In this document: one piece after another, positions 40,533 through 50,355 of the stretch | How positions within the stretch are numbered: position 1 is the first letter of the stretch | How the letters are laid out: every line of letters begins with the position of its first letter | Source: Candidatus Kapaibacterium sp. | GTDB lineage: Bacteria; Bacteroidota; Ignavibacteria; Kapaibacteriales; WFXC01 | Direction: 5' to 3' | DNA length: 64,000 nucleotides | NCBI GenBank assembly: GCA_026996895.1 | Contig: JALWJX010000028.1 | Coordinates: 678-64,677 of the forward strand | The notes under the pieces: model-generated | What the model saw: only the letters and a program-made list of their open reading frames with translations | Told to the model about the DNA's origin: nothing | The model's database searches: none | Position numbers and translations under genes: made by a program

Positions 40533-42827
40533 TCAACATGCATTTTCTTCCGGCGACGCCGTTGTCTTATCTGTCACCGGCTGTACAGGTAACGTCACAG
40601 TAAAGCAACTTCCCCTACCTTCTTCACTTTCAACGGTGATCCGACCGCCGCAAAGAGTCACCAGCTTATGAGCAATTGCCAATCCCAGCCCCGTCCCCTC
40701 AATGAGCTGCGCATTACGGGCACGATGGAACGGTTGAAAGATGTAGGGTAATTCTGACTTCGGAATACCAATCCCCTGATCACAGACTGTCAGGGTCAAA
40801 ACATCATTGGAATAGCGCAGGGTTATCCTCACCTCCGTGCCGGGAGGAGAATACTTCAGGGCGTTGGAAATAAGATTCTGCACCACGTGACGGAGCACTA
40901 TTTTGTCCAGCTTGAGAACAGGGAACGGTTCAGGCTGCAACTGGATGTGGATGGTGTGATCCGAATGACTGGCAGCAAAGTTGCGGACAATATCTTTCAC
41001 CACCTGAGCAGCTTCTATTGGCTCCAGCAGCGGTTGGTACTTACCAGTTTCAACTTTTCCCAGATGGATGATCTCTTCCAGCAATTCGTTGAGATTCTTG
41101 CTCAAGTTCAAAATATTTTCCAGATGTTTCTGCCGATCTGCTGGTGAGAGTCGATCAAAGTAGCGTAAAAGCAGCTCTGCACTGGAAATAATGCCCGTTA
41201 GCGGGGTTCGGAACTCGTGGGAAACCAGCGAAATAAATCGCGATTTCATCACATTGAGCTCCTGCTCTTTGAGCAGCGCTGTTTTCAAACGGTCCAGCGC
41301 TGTTTCCAGCTCCGCTGTGCGTTCCTCAACCTTTTCTTCCAGTGCCTGGTTCAACCGCCGAAGTTCGCGTTCCAGCGCTTTCTGCTGGCTAATATCATAG
41401 AACACTACCTGGGACGCCGGTTTACCTTTCCACCGAACCGGCGTTGCCATAACAACAACCTCAAAAGTAGAACCGTCAGCACGCAGAAATTTTTCCTCTA
41501 TTGCTGGAGCAACCCGATATTTGTAATAAATGCTTTCGATCCGCTTGTGAGCTATCCTGCGTGACTCTGGATGGATAAATTCATAGGGAGAACGTCCAAT
41601 GGCATCCTCAGGATCTGAAAGTGCAAACGCTTTGGCAGCTGCCGGATTGCAATACACAATGCGACCTTCACTATGGATAACAATTGGCACCGGCGAATGC
41701 TCTACCAGATTCCGAAACCGTTCTTCACTCTCCTGTAATGCCTGCATTCGCTGCTGTTCTTCGGTAACATCTCGCAATACCAGGACCGTTCCGATCCGAT
41801 GTTCCGGTTTCAGCTCGATAGCAGTGCTGTAGAGCGTATAAAAACGGATTCCTTCCGGCAAAGGAAAAGACATCACCTTTTCACAATTATAAACCTCCTC
41901 TGTCGTTGCTCGCTCCAGTGCCCGCTGCAACGGTTGCAATTGCTCCTCTCGCCAATGAGCCTTGCGCAACACCTCGGAAAGCCGCTGCCCGCGTAATGCG
42001 TCCAATGGTTGTCCCAACAATCGTTCAGCGGCGTGGTTGACTAATTCTATTTTCTCACCTTCAAAGAGCACCAGCACCGGATCCTGGATAGCCTGCAGAA
42101 TAGCTTCCAGCTCTCGATTGATACGTTCCAGTTCCCGTTGATATCCAATTTGCTCGGTAAGCTCCACGGCATATCCCACGACCCAGGAAACCTCCCCCTG
42201 CTCATCCAGGATAGGAAAAAAGGAACGAAGGAAGTATCGTATTTGCCCATCCGCTGTCGGAAACTCCTCTACCCACGACACAACCGCTCTGCTGTCCAGT
42301 GCCTTCTGAAAATATCGTCGTCGCTGCTCAGCGATATGGAGCGGGCGCTGCCGCTCCTGCACCCAATCAAAATCTGTTTTCCCTAAGATCCACTGCCGGA
42401 CTTCTGGATTCGGCACGGCTGTCGGACTTACATATCGATAGCGATGCTGCGGATCAAAAACCACAATATCCAGCGGCAGCAGGTCGAAAATCCGACGAAA
42501 GAGAGTCAGTTCAGGCTCCGGGTAAGTCTGCACCTGATGCTGAGGAAAAATCAACCAGTGGTAATGGTGATCACCCTTAGCAACAATCGCATAACACTGG
42601 ACTCCTGAGGTCAGCGTAAAAGAGCCCATCACGGGTGATCTCTGATCCAGTTCTGCTAATATCTGGTCCATCCGGTCTTGATCGGTGGGTAAAAGGAATT
42701 CCCGGAGATTAACCGCTTCGGAAAGCTCCCACCATCGATGATCTCCATAGTACTGCACTCGGCTCACCACTCCATCTTCGTCTGTCAGCACCGCCACAGC
42801 CTGCAAATTGCTGAGAATAATTTCCAT
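40533..42827 (-). CDS. Cytoplasmic multi-PAS sensor histidine kinase (orphan, no adjacent response regulator)
   Basis: Several PAS-like blocks, HisKA (LVSHEFRTPLTGI) and HATPase_c (GTGLGLAIAHKLVTLCGGRITVESEEGRGSCFTV). No TM segment. Confidence 0.85.
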   Translation of the reverse strand: MEIILSNLQAVAVLTDEDGVVSRVQYYGDHRWWELSEAVNLREFLLPTDQDRMDQILAELDQRSPVMGSFTLTSGVQCYAIVAKGDHHYHWLIFPQHQVQTYPEPELTLFRRIFDLLPLDIVVFDPQHRYRYVSPTAVPNPEVRQWILGKTDFDWVQERQRPLHIAEQRRRYFQKALDSRAVVSWVEEFPTADGQIRYFLRSFFPILDEQGEVSWVVGYAVELTEQIGYQRELERINRELEAILQAIQDPVLVLFEGEKIELVNHAAERLLGQPLDALRGQRLSEVLRKAHWREEQLQPLQRALERATTEEVYNCEKVMSFPLPEGIRFYTLYSTAIELKPEHRIGTVLVLRDVTEEQQRMQALQESEERFRNLVEHSPVPIVIHSEGRIVYCNPAAAKAFALSDPEDAIGRSPYEFIHPESRRIAHKRIESIYYKYRVAPAIEEKFLRADGSTFEVVVMATPVRWKGKPASQVVFYDISQQKALERELRRLNQALEEKVEERTAELETALDRLKTALLKEQELNVMKSRFISLVSHEFRTPLTGIISSAELLLRYFDRLSPADRQKHLENILNLSKNLNELLEEIIHLGKVETGKYQPLLEPIEAAQVVKDIVRNFAASHSDHTIHIQLQPEPFPVLKLDKIVLRHVVQNLISNALKYSPPGTEVRITLRYSNDVLTLTVCDQGIGIPKSELPYIFQPFHRARNAQLIEGTGLGLAIAHKLVTLCGGRITVESEEGRGSCFTVTLPVQPVTDKTTASPEENAC

Positions 42828-43002
42828 AAATAATGCCCAACTTAAATGTACTGCTTAGGGCTGTACCCACAGGGATTCTTAGGAACGAACCAGAAGTTTC
42901 CGAATTTCGTGCATTCCCCGCTTTGCCGTACCGCTCTGCAACAAATCACTTGAATAACCGTATTTGTGCCCTGTTTTCGTTTCACAAAAATAGAAAGGAC
43001 TG

Positions 43003-44361
43003 ATGATGAGCAAAGGCTGGTTGTCCCGGTTCCAACTATATTTACTTGTCAGCCTGTGTGTCATTTTGCAACTTCGTGCGCAGGATTTCCATCCCATCGA
43101 GTTTACCACCTATACACTCCCCAACGGTCTGGATGTGATTCTCCACCGTGATACCTCTGCACCGGTGGTTGCGACCGTGGTATACTACAAAGTTGGATCT
43201 CGTGATGAAGATCCGCACCGAACCGGCTTTGCCCACTTTTTTGAACATCTGATGTTTTCCGGTACTAAACACATTCCCCGGGGCAAACTGGATCAGTATG
43301 TTCAGGAGGCAGGAGGAGAGCTCAATGCCTTCACCTCCCAGGATGCAACCGTATACCACCTGCGCTTGCCGGCAAACGAGTTAGCCTTAGCGCTCTGGAT
43401 TGAAGCAGAACGGATGCGGCAGTTGATCATCGATTCCGTCTCCGTTGAAACCCAGCGGAAGGTGGTCAAAGAAGAACGGAAAATGCGATATGAGAACTCC
43501 CCATATGGCGGATGGTTTGAAACGATGTATGCCCATCTTTTTGCTGGCTCACCATACCAATGGACTCCTATCGGCAAATCGCAGCACATTGACAGTGCAA
43601 AGATTGAGGAATTCCAGGCATTCTACAACCGTTACTACCAGCCCGGTAACGCTATTCTGGTCGTTTCTGGCGATTTTGATCCCCAACAGGTGCGCAACCT
43701 GATTGATGCTTACTTTGGACAGTACCCAAAAGCAGCGCTTTCTCCTCGAAAACCAGTGACAATTCCACCGTCACGGAGCGGGTACCGGGACACCATTTAT
43801 GATCCGAAAGCGCAACTGCCCGCCATTTTCATCGGATTCCGGGGACCCAGATCCGGCGATCCCGATGCCTATGCCCTGGAAATGCTGACGACCATTTTAG
43901 CCGATGGGGAAAGCTCTCGCTTTTACCGAAATCTGGTCGACAAGCAATTGGCGGTACAGGCAACCAGCTTCCTGAGCGATCGACAATATGCTGGCCTTCT
44001 GGTAATGTTGGGCATCGCTGGCCCCGGGCAATCGCTGGACACGATCGAACACGCTTTGTGGCAGGAAATTCGCCGGATTCAACGCGATGGAATCACCGAA
44101 GAAGAATTCCGCAAAGCCCGCAACATTGCGGAAGCTCGCTTTGTTTCGGGCAAGAAACAGGTATTGAGTAAAGCGCTGAGCCTGGCAACCTACAAAGCCT
44201 ACTACGACGATCCCGGCAGGATCAATACCGAATTGCAGTATTATCTCAAAGTGACGCCGGCAGATATTCAGCGCGTAGCGCAACAGTACTTTGTCCCTGA
44301 TAAAGCAGTCGTACTCCAATATCTGCCAGCAGCGATGCAACAAACCAAACACTCAGAATAA
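43003..44361 (+). CDS. M16 family zinc peptidase, active subunit (HxxEH)
   Basis: Signal peptide. Inverzincin motif HFFEHLMF with downstream E ligands. Confidence 0.85.
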   Translation: MMSKGWLSRFQLYLLVSLCVILQLRAQDFHPIEFTTYTLPNGLDVILHRDTSAPVVATVVYYKVGSRDEDPHRTGFAHFFEHLMFSGTKHIPRGKLDQYVQEAGGELNAFTSQDATVYHLRLPANELALALWIEAERMRQLIIDSVSVETQRKVVKEERKMRYENSPYGGWFETMYAHLFAGSPYQWTPIGKSQHIDSAKIEEFQAFYNRYYQPGNAILVVSGDFDPQQVRNLIDAYFGQYPKAALSPRKPVTIPPSRSGYRDTIYDPKAQLPAIFIGFRGPRSGDPDAYALEMLTTILADGESSRFYRNLVDKQLAVQATSFLSDRQYAGLLVMLGIAGPGQSLDTIEHALWQEIRRIQRDGITEEEFRKARNIAEARFVSGKKQVLSKALSLATYKAYYDDPGRINTELQYYLKVTPADIQRVAQQYFVPDKAVVLQYLPAAMQQTKHSE

Positions 44362-44380
44362 ACAAAGGGAGCCGTGAGCA

Positions 44381-46477
44381 ATGCGATGGAACTCTGGATG
44401 GACCGTGTTAGGTATACTCCTGATAACGTGTGGACTCTACGCCCAGCAGGCTATTGATGTTACGAAAAGACCGGAACCCGGACCACTGACGGCGGTCCGA
44501 TTCCCTGCTTTCCAGACATTGACCCTGCCCAACGGGCTCAAAGTATTTGTAGTCGAAGACCACGAACAACCAACGATTGCATTTCGGGTGCAAATTGGCG
44601 TCGGCTCCATTGCTGATCCACCGGGCAAAGCAGGAGCAATGGAGATGCTGGTCGATATGCTCACCAAAGGGACCAGGACTCGATCGGCGCTGGACATTGC
44701 GCAAGCGCTGGATTCTATTGGTGCTTCGCTAACAACGAGCGCCGGTGGCGATGCTATGTATGTGGTAGCATCAGGGCTCAAAAAATACAGCGGGCAGATT
44801 CTCTCAGTTCTTGCCGACATTTTGCAACATCCCACTTTCCCGGAATCCGAGCTTCAGAAATATAAGCAACAGGTGATTGCGGGCTTGCAACACGAAAAAA
44901 CTCAGCCTTTCACCATCGGGAACAAACTGGCACGCAAAATTATTTACGGAAATGATCACCCGTACGCACAAAGCCCGACGGAGAAAAGCGTCAACGCAAT
45001 TACGGCTGAGGACTTGCGTGCCTTGCATCAGCAATACCTCGTTCCCAATCTTATCTCGATTGCTGTCGTTGGCGATGCCACGGTGCAGGAAGCGCGGCAG
45101 TGGATAGAGCAATTTTTCGGAAACTGGGAACGGCATGCCATCCAGATGCCGAAAGTACCGAAACCCCACGTCGCCCCTTCGGGTGTCTATTTCATCGAGC
45201 GACCCGGTTCTGTTCAGTCAACGCTTATTGCGACAGCTCCGGCTGTTCCTTATGCCCATCCAGATTATGAGAAACTCCGGTTAGCTTCAGAAATGTTAGG
45301 CAGCGGCTTCGGCGGATGGTTCTTTAAGACACTCCGGGAAACCTACGGCTATACCTATACCCCCTTTGCTTTTCTGACCCGTGCGAAGTATGCCAATCGG
45401 TTTGTTGGCGCCGCGGACGTGCGGAATCCCGTGACTGATTCCGCTCTGACGGTGATGATCGATCAGATTGTCAAATTAGGCAGTCAGGGACCAACCGCTG
45501 AAGAATTGTATCGCATTCAGCGCCATACGGTCGGTTCCTATCTGATGTCCTTTGAGTCCTCCTCATTTGTTGCCTCACTGATCCAGCGGGCAGACCTGTT
45601 CGGTGAATCCTTTGAGCACCTGAAGCAATTCCCGCAGCGATATATGAGCTACACCCCCGCGGACGTCCAAACGGTAGCAGCTCGCTACTTAGCGCCGGGA
45701 AACCTGCGCTTTGTCATTGTGGGCGACCCCTCGGTACAGGCAAAGCTGGCAAATTTCGGCAATGTTTACCGCTATGATCTGGACTTGCAGCCAATTACCG
45801 ACACGGCAACGTCGGGCGAGACGATCAGCTTTTCTGTCAACGAAATTTTAGACCGCTACGAAAAAGCGGTGGGGGGGAAAGAGAATATCCAGAAGATTCA
45901 TACGGTGCGAGCTACCGGTTCTATCACGATGGCAAGCGGTCCGCAACAGTTTTCCGGCACGCTGCTCAAAGAAATTAAACGCCCCGATCAAGGACACTAC
46001 AAACTCAGCCTGCCAACGTTCACACACGAAGTATGGGTTTCCAAAGGGAAAGTGTGGGAACAGGCGATGGGGCAACCGACTCAACAAAAAACCGGGACCG
46101 ATGCCGAAGAGCTTTCCCGCAATGTTCTGTCTCTGTTCCCGCTGCTGGATCTCGCCGATGCTGGCTACACGCTTGAGGTCGATGGACTGCGTGGTGGGAA
46201 AATTGCTATAAAAGCTACATCGCCCGGTGGCAAAGTCATTCGCTACTTCGTCGACCCGGAAACATACCTGATCACCAAAATTCAGCGAACGATTGAGAAT
46301 CCGCAGGGTGGTACAACGCCGATCACGGAGGAAATCTTAGAGTATATGACCGTCAACGGCGTCCAGCTACCGAAGAAGACCCAAACCCGGGTTGGCCCAA
46401 TTACCATCACAGAAGAGATTCAGCAGTACGAGATCAACATTCCTCTGGAGGACCAGATTTTCCAGCCTTCAGAGTAA
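44381..46477 (+). CDS. M16 family peptidase, non-catalytic subunit with extra approx. 230 aa C-terminal beta-rich domain
   Basis: Signal peptide (MRWNSGWTVLGILLITCGLYAQQ). Two M16 halves lack HxxEH. A C-terminal extension follows (..NIQKIHTVRATGSITMASG.. LEVDGLRGGKIAIKATSPGGKVIRYFVDPETYLITKI..). Confidence 0.8.
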   Translation: MRWNSGWTVLGILLITCGLYAQQAIDVTKRPEPGPLTAVRFPAFQTLTLPNGLKVFVVEDHEQPTIAFRVQIGVGSIADPPGKAGAMEMLVDMLTKGTRTRSALDIAQALDSIGASLTTSAGGDAMYVVASGLKKYSGQILSVLADILQHPTFPESELQKYKQQVIAGLQHEKTQPFTIGNKLARKIIYGNDHPYAQSPTEKSVNAITAEDLRALHQQYLVPNLISIAVVGDATVQEARQWIEQFFGNWERHAIQMPKVPKPHVAPSGVYFIERPGSVQSTLIATAPAVPYAHPDYEKLRLASEMLGSGFGGWFFKTLRETYGYTYTPFAFLTRAKYANRFVGAADVRNPVTDSALTVMIDQIVKLGSQGPTAEELYRIQRHTVGSYLMSFESSSFVASLIQRADLFGESFEHLKQFPQRYMSYTPADVQTVAARYLAPGNLRFVIVGDPSVQAKLANFGNVYRYDLDLQPITDTATSGETISFSVNEILDRYEKAVGGKENIQKIHTVRATGSITMASGPQQFSGTLLKEIKRPDQGHYKLSLPTFTHEVWVSKGKVWEQAMGQPTQQKTGTDAEELSRNVLSLFPLLDLADAGYTLEVDGLRGGKIAIKATSPGGKVIRYFVDPETYLITKIQRTIENPQGGTTPITEEILEYMTVNGVQLPKKTQTRVGPITITEEIQQYEINIPLEDQIFQPSE

Positions 46478-46534
46478 GCTTTTGCGGGCTGGCGTGTCGA
46501 TTCCTCATTGGCGCCAGCCCTTTTTATACGAATT

Positions 46535-48535
46535 TCATCGTTCAACAAAGACCCAGATAGGATTTACGATCCACCGCTCGAATAGCATCTGTTCAGCACG
46601 AACGGGATAATAACCCTCCAGTGGAACCGGCAAACCTTCCAGGGCAGCAGCGGTCGTCGACGGGATCTGCCATCCCGGCGCCACCACATAGGCATGCTGC
46701 AATCCGCCCAACGCCTCCAGCTTCGCTGACATTATCGAGCGGAGTTGCTGCCACAATGCAGAATGGAAGCGAACAGGATAAAAAGCGAAGCGGTATCGAT
46801 GCTGCTGAAGCACGCCTGCGGAATCGGACGAAAGTACCCGCACCGTTATGCTGCCCGTCGGCGTCCGAAACACCTGACCATCAAAATCCTCCACCTGAAA
46901 GAAAAAATGCACTGGTGCTGTAGCAATTTCCCTCCACACAGGCAAAGCCGCTGAGTCCCAATCAACAAACGGCGGAGGATCGGCAAATCCACGAAAAATC
47001 CACTTCTGATCACCAGCCGTTACGACAATACTCCACCGCTTCACTCCCGCTTCTGCAACCGTTTGCAAATAGAATCGCACTTTCTGAATGTTGGAGATCA
47101 ACACTGTATCCTGTTCAGAGCGCAGCAGCAAGGAATCCCGGTGGGGCATAAGCAGAAAGATATTGCTGGAAGAATGCGGAAAGGCAACGGAATGTTGCGA
47201 AGGGCCATCGGCTGCTTCGATTGCCGGAATAACAACGCAGGGCAGGCAGCGGGACAGAAACGATGCAAGCCACTGCAATTGCTGGGCAAAGTGCGGAGCG
47301 CGCGATGCGGCTGCTATTCCAAACAACGTGAGGGTATCCGATGGCAGCAATCGTTGCAGTAACCACCGAACCGACGCTGTTCGGCGCGTGGTGCGGAAAA
47401 ACCACTGCCACTGCTGCTGACACGGCTGTGCCTCTGGCGGCGGGAATGCCGTATCGGCAATGACAATAGCGGACAATGGAAAATCGAATCGGTGTTCAAT
47501 TCCAAGGGTTCCTTCAATACTCAATACGGTATCCTCTTGCCCATCGCGTGTAACCAGTTTTGGAACAATGGTTGCCGTCAACAGCGAGCGGGGCATCGGA
47601 ACTTTTCGGACGTAAGTCTGATGCACAATTGTCAATGCGACGGCCAAATCCCCAATAGCATAACGTTCGGTCTGCGCTGTCTCCGCTTGAAGCAAGACGG
47701 TATCGGCTGCAATCATCACATCGTAGGTCGTGGTCGTATCCCGCTGGTACACCGTATCGCGGAACAGTCTTCGCCGAAGAACCTGTCCCAGCAAATCGCC
47801 GGATAGTTGAATCCCAAGGCTGAAGATTTGAACGTGCCAGTTAGAGTTCGGGAGCACTGCGCCGATACTCCGCTGGTACCGAAGAAATGCAGATACTCCA
47901 AGGGTAGAAGCAATCTTTCCGAAGGTAGCAGCAACCTGGACCCACGGCATTAGCAACGGCTGCTGAATCAGGGACAGAATCCCTTCGGCACGCAATTGCT
48001 GCCTCGTACCATCAAGGAACGTAGCCTCCGCTGGCGATTGGAGTTCTTCCCAATACTGAAAGCTACGGCGGGGAAACCAGTACAGAAAACATCCGCCGGT
48101 CACAGCTCCATTGGCGATGTGCCACGTTACCACTGGCGATACGCCCAGCGGTGCAATTGCCATCTGCACGCGATGAGCGACAATGCCGGAGACGATGGAA
48201 TCTCCAGACCGAATGGCTGGAATGCGCTCAGAAGCCTCAAGTTGTACCGACCAGTTGCTGTACTCGACGGCACCTCCAATGGTCAACGCTTTAGTAAGTC
48301 TATAGCTCAATCCAACGCCGCTCAACCATGTAGCCTGGAGCTTATCGAAACGAAATGGCTCTGCAGCGGGTGGCTTCGAGAACATCGGAAGCTGCGTCAA
48401 TTCCAATCGATGTTGATACCACGCCACGCCGGTATAAATCTGTACCTGCAACGGCTGCGCCCAAATGCTGCTGACAAAAATGGTGAAACCTGCTAATAAG
48501 CTGAGCCACCACTGTTGCTGCGCTGATTCAATCAT
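46535..48535 (-). CDS. Hypothetical exported/outer-membrane protein (667 aa), translationally coupled to upstream T9SS cargo gene
   Basis: Start MIESAQQQWWLSLLAGFTIFVSSIWAQP, whose ATG overlaps the upstream stop as ATGA at 48532..48535. N-terminal signal-like helix. No recognisable catalytic motif. Confidence 0.5.
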   Translation of the reverse strand: MIESAQQQWWLSLLAGFTIFVSSIWAQPLQVQIYTGVAWYQHRLELTQLPMFSKPPAAEPFRFDKLQATWLSGVGLSYRLTKALTIGGAVEYSNWSVQLEASERIPAIRSGDSIVSGIVAHRVQMAIAPLGVSPVVTWHIANGAVTGGCFLYWFPRRSFQYWEELQSPAEATFLDGTRQQLRAEGILSLIQQPLLMPWVQVAATFGKIASTLGVSAFLRYQRSIGAVLPNSNWHVQIFSLGIQLSGDLLGQVLRRRLFRDTVYQRDTTTTYDVMIAADTVLLQAETAQTERYAIGDLAVALTIVHQTYVRKVPMPRSLLTATIVPKLVTRDGQEDTVLSIEGTLGIEHRFDFPLSAIVIADTAFPPPEAQPCQQQWQWFFRTTRRTASVRWLLQRLLPSDTLTLFGIAAASRAPHFAQQLQWLASFLSRCLPCVVIPAIEAADGPSQHSVAFPHSSSNIFLLMPHRDSLLLRSEQDTVLISNIQKVRFYLQTVAEAGVKRWSIVVTAGDQKWIFRGFADPPPFVDWDSAALPVWREIATAPVHFFFQVEDFDGQVFRTPTGSITVRVLSSDSAGVLQQHRYRFAFYPVRFHSALWQQLRSIMSAKLEALGGLQHAYVVAPGWQIPSTTAAALEGLPVPLEGYYPVRAEQMLFERWIVNPIWVFVER

Positions 48536-50352
48536 TCCACAATGAGCAATCGTGAGAGCGAATACCGACTGTACTGGCACACCAGCAGGTAGGCACCAGC
48601 GGTAGGGAACCATGAGCGATCCAGGGTAAAGTGGATCGGGGAATGGTGTACAGGAAGCAGCAGATCCATCAACGGTTCACCCGTCAGAAAGTATAGCGCC
48701 ACGTGCACTGAATCAGCCTGAACATTCCCTTCAATAGTCACCACACTGCGATCCCGCAGCGGGAACGGATCAATCTGAACAGTGAAAGGGGTAGCAAATG
48801 GATTGATCAATCGAGGCAGGTTGTTGCGATACCATACACCCCGCAACTCCACGTACCCCGGTTCTGTATACTCTGCCATCAACACTGGTTCGTGCTGCTG
48901 GTTCTCAATCCACGCACTATCAATCTCGATTAACGTTCCCAACGCAGCGCCGAGGCATACCACAAAAGGAATCGCCGTTACAGTATCCAGTCCCTGAAGT
49001 TGCGGTTGCATCGACGCTAAGGGTATTACAAACGTTCCATATTCCCGTTGTCCTCGCCGTTCAATCTTTGCCGTAGTATCAGCCGCCCACAATAGCGTTG
49101 CATCCCAGTGGAGGCAGAGTATTAACTGGGGGTTCTCAATAGCTCGCAAAATTTTTTGCGCCCCCGGGTCCATCAATGTCCAGATAGGAACAGCAATCGT
49201 ATCACCGCTATAAGCCCCAACGTTGCTACTGCCAATGGTAAAGGTTGCTTGTGACGCCAACCCTTCACCCACCAGTCGAATCCTGTATCGACGCTGGTCC
49301 TTTAGAAGAAAAACAAAATTACCTTCGACAAATCCGGGTGTTGTTGGCGTAAAGCGCAACTGGATCCGTAAAGTATCGTGCGGCGGTAGCCACACTGTAT
49401 CCGGTAACGGTTGCAGCATCCAGAACACTGGTCGGTCGATGGTAATCGAGGTGAGAAATTGTTCAGCATCAGTACGGTTTACCAATACCAATGTGGTATC
49501 TTTTCCCTGCCGAAGGAAAGTTGGTCCAAAATCCACTATGGGGGTATAAACCAGCGGTAGCGGTGGTGGTGTCTCAGGCACCGTCGCTTCTCCAAACACA
49601 ACAATCCGTCCCCAATCCGGGGAACGAGCAATCCGGAAATAGAGATAGGTTTTGTGATATCCTGCGGTAGCAGGAGCGAAGGTGATCGTAAAAGTCCGCT
49701 GTTCCAAAGCCCGTAATGTTGAATCCTGAAAAGACAGGGAAAAAGCAGAAGTGGCGGTATCCAGAAACAGGTAGAAATACCGATCAACTGGAAGATTGTT
49801 GGCAATCGTAAAGTTCGACTGAACCGTCGTTCCCACCGGGGTTGTTCCCACGAACACTACTTGCGGATAGCTTATGTTCTCTAATGCAGAATGTTGCTCT
49901 CGCCCTTCGCCCACCAGATAAATGGAAAACATCCACTGTGCGGTATCCGAGATCACCTTCACGCGCACAGCACCCAGGTAATGCTGCTCTTGCCGCGGTG
50001 TAAATCCTACCAGGACGACATATTGGCGTCCGGGCTGAAGTACCAGAACCGAATCCTGCGGATTCGCCAGATAAAACGCACCTTTGAGTCCTGTTCGATT
50101 GGCCACCATCAAACGGAAAATCTGGACCTGCCGGGAAGGATTTTTCAGAATCACCAGATCCAGCTCAGAGCGATCGACCGCCACGGAGCCAAAATCAACG
50201 GTATCCTGCGCCAGCGGAACGCTGGATACTGGAAGCGTGTGTTCCTGTGCCCAGAGCACTGCTGGGAGCATCAAGATCAGGGATGCCAAAAGGCATTGGG
50301 TCCACCGACTGCTGCGCTGTCCGATCATCGTACTGTTCCGGTGCAATGGCAT
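48532..50352 (-). CDS. Secreted protein with repeated choice-of-anchor-D/ASH-like domains and T9SS C-terminal sorting domain
   Basis: Signal peptide (..LLASLILMLPAVLWAQE). Repeated DFG-x-V-x-V...S motifs (VDFGSVAVDRSELDLVILKN, IVDFGPTFLRQGKDTTLVLVN). The C-terminal approx. 70 aa is T9SS CTD-like. Confidence 0.6.
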   Translation of the reverse strand: MPLHRNSTMIGQRSSRWTQCLLASLILMLPAVLWAQEHTLPVSSVPLAQDTVDFGSVAVDRSELDLVILKNPSRQVQIFRLMVANRTGLKGAFYLANPQDSVLVLQPGRQYVVLVGFTPRQEQHYLGAVRVKVISDTAQWMFSIYLVGEGREQHSALENISYPQVVFVGTTPVGTTVQSNFTIANNLPVDRYFYLFLDTATSAFSLSFQDSTLRALEQRTFTITFAPATAGYHKTYLYFRIARSPDWGRIVVFGEATVPETPPPLPLVYTPIVDFGPTFLRQGKDTTLVLVNRTDAEQFLTSITIDRPVFWMLQPLPDTVWLPPHDTLRIQLRFTPTTPGFVEGNFVFLLKDQRRYRIRLVGEGLASQATFTIGSSNVGAYSGDTIAVPIWTLMDPGAQKILRAIENPQLILCLHWDATLLWAADTTAKIERRGQREYGTFVIPLASMQPQLQGLDTVTAIPFVVCLGAALGTLIEIDSAWIENQQHEPVLMAEYTEPGYVELRGVWYRNNLPRLINPFATPFTVQIDPFPLRDRSVVTIEGNVQADSVHVALYFLTGEPLMDLLLPVHHSPIHFTLDRSWFPTAGAYLLVCQYSRYSLSRLLIVE

Positions 50353-50355
50353 TCT

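Noticed and set aside
46535-48535. Calling the protein downstream of the T9SS cargo gene a PorP/SprF family member
   Set aside because: The N-terminus does not match the PorP/SprF consensus, and at 667 aa the protein is twice the usual size. It is kept as a hypothetical partner only.
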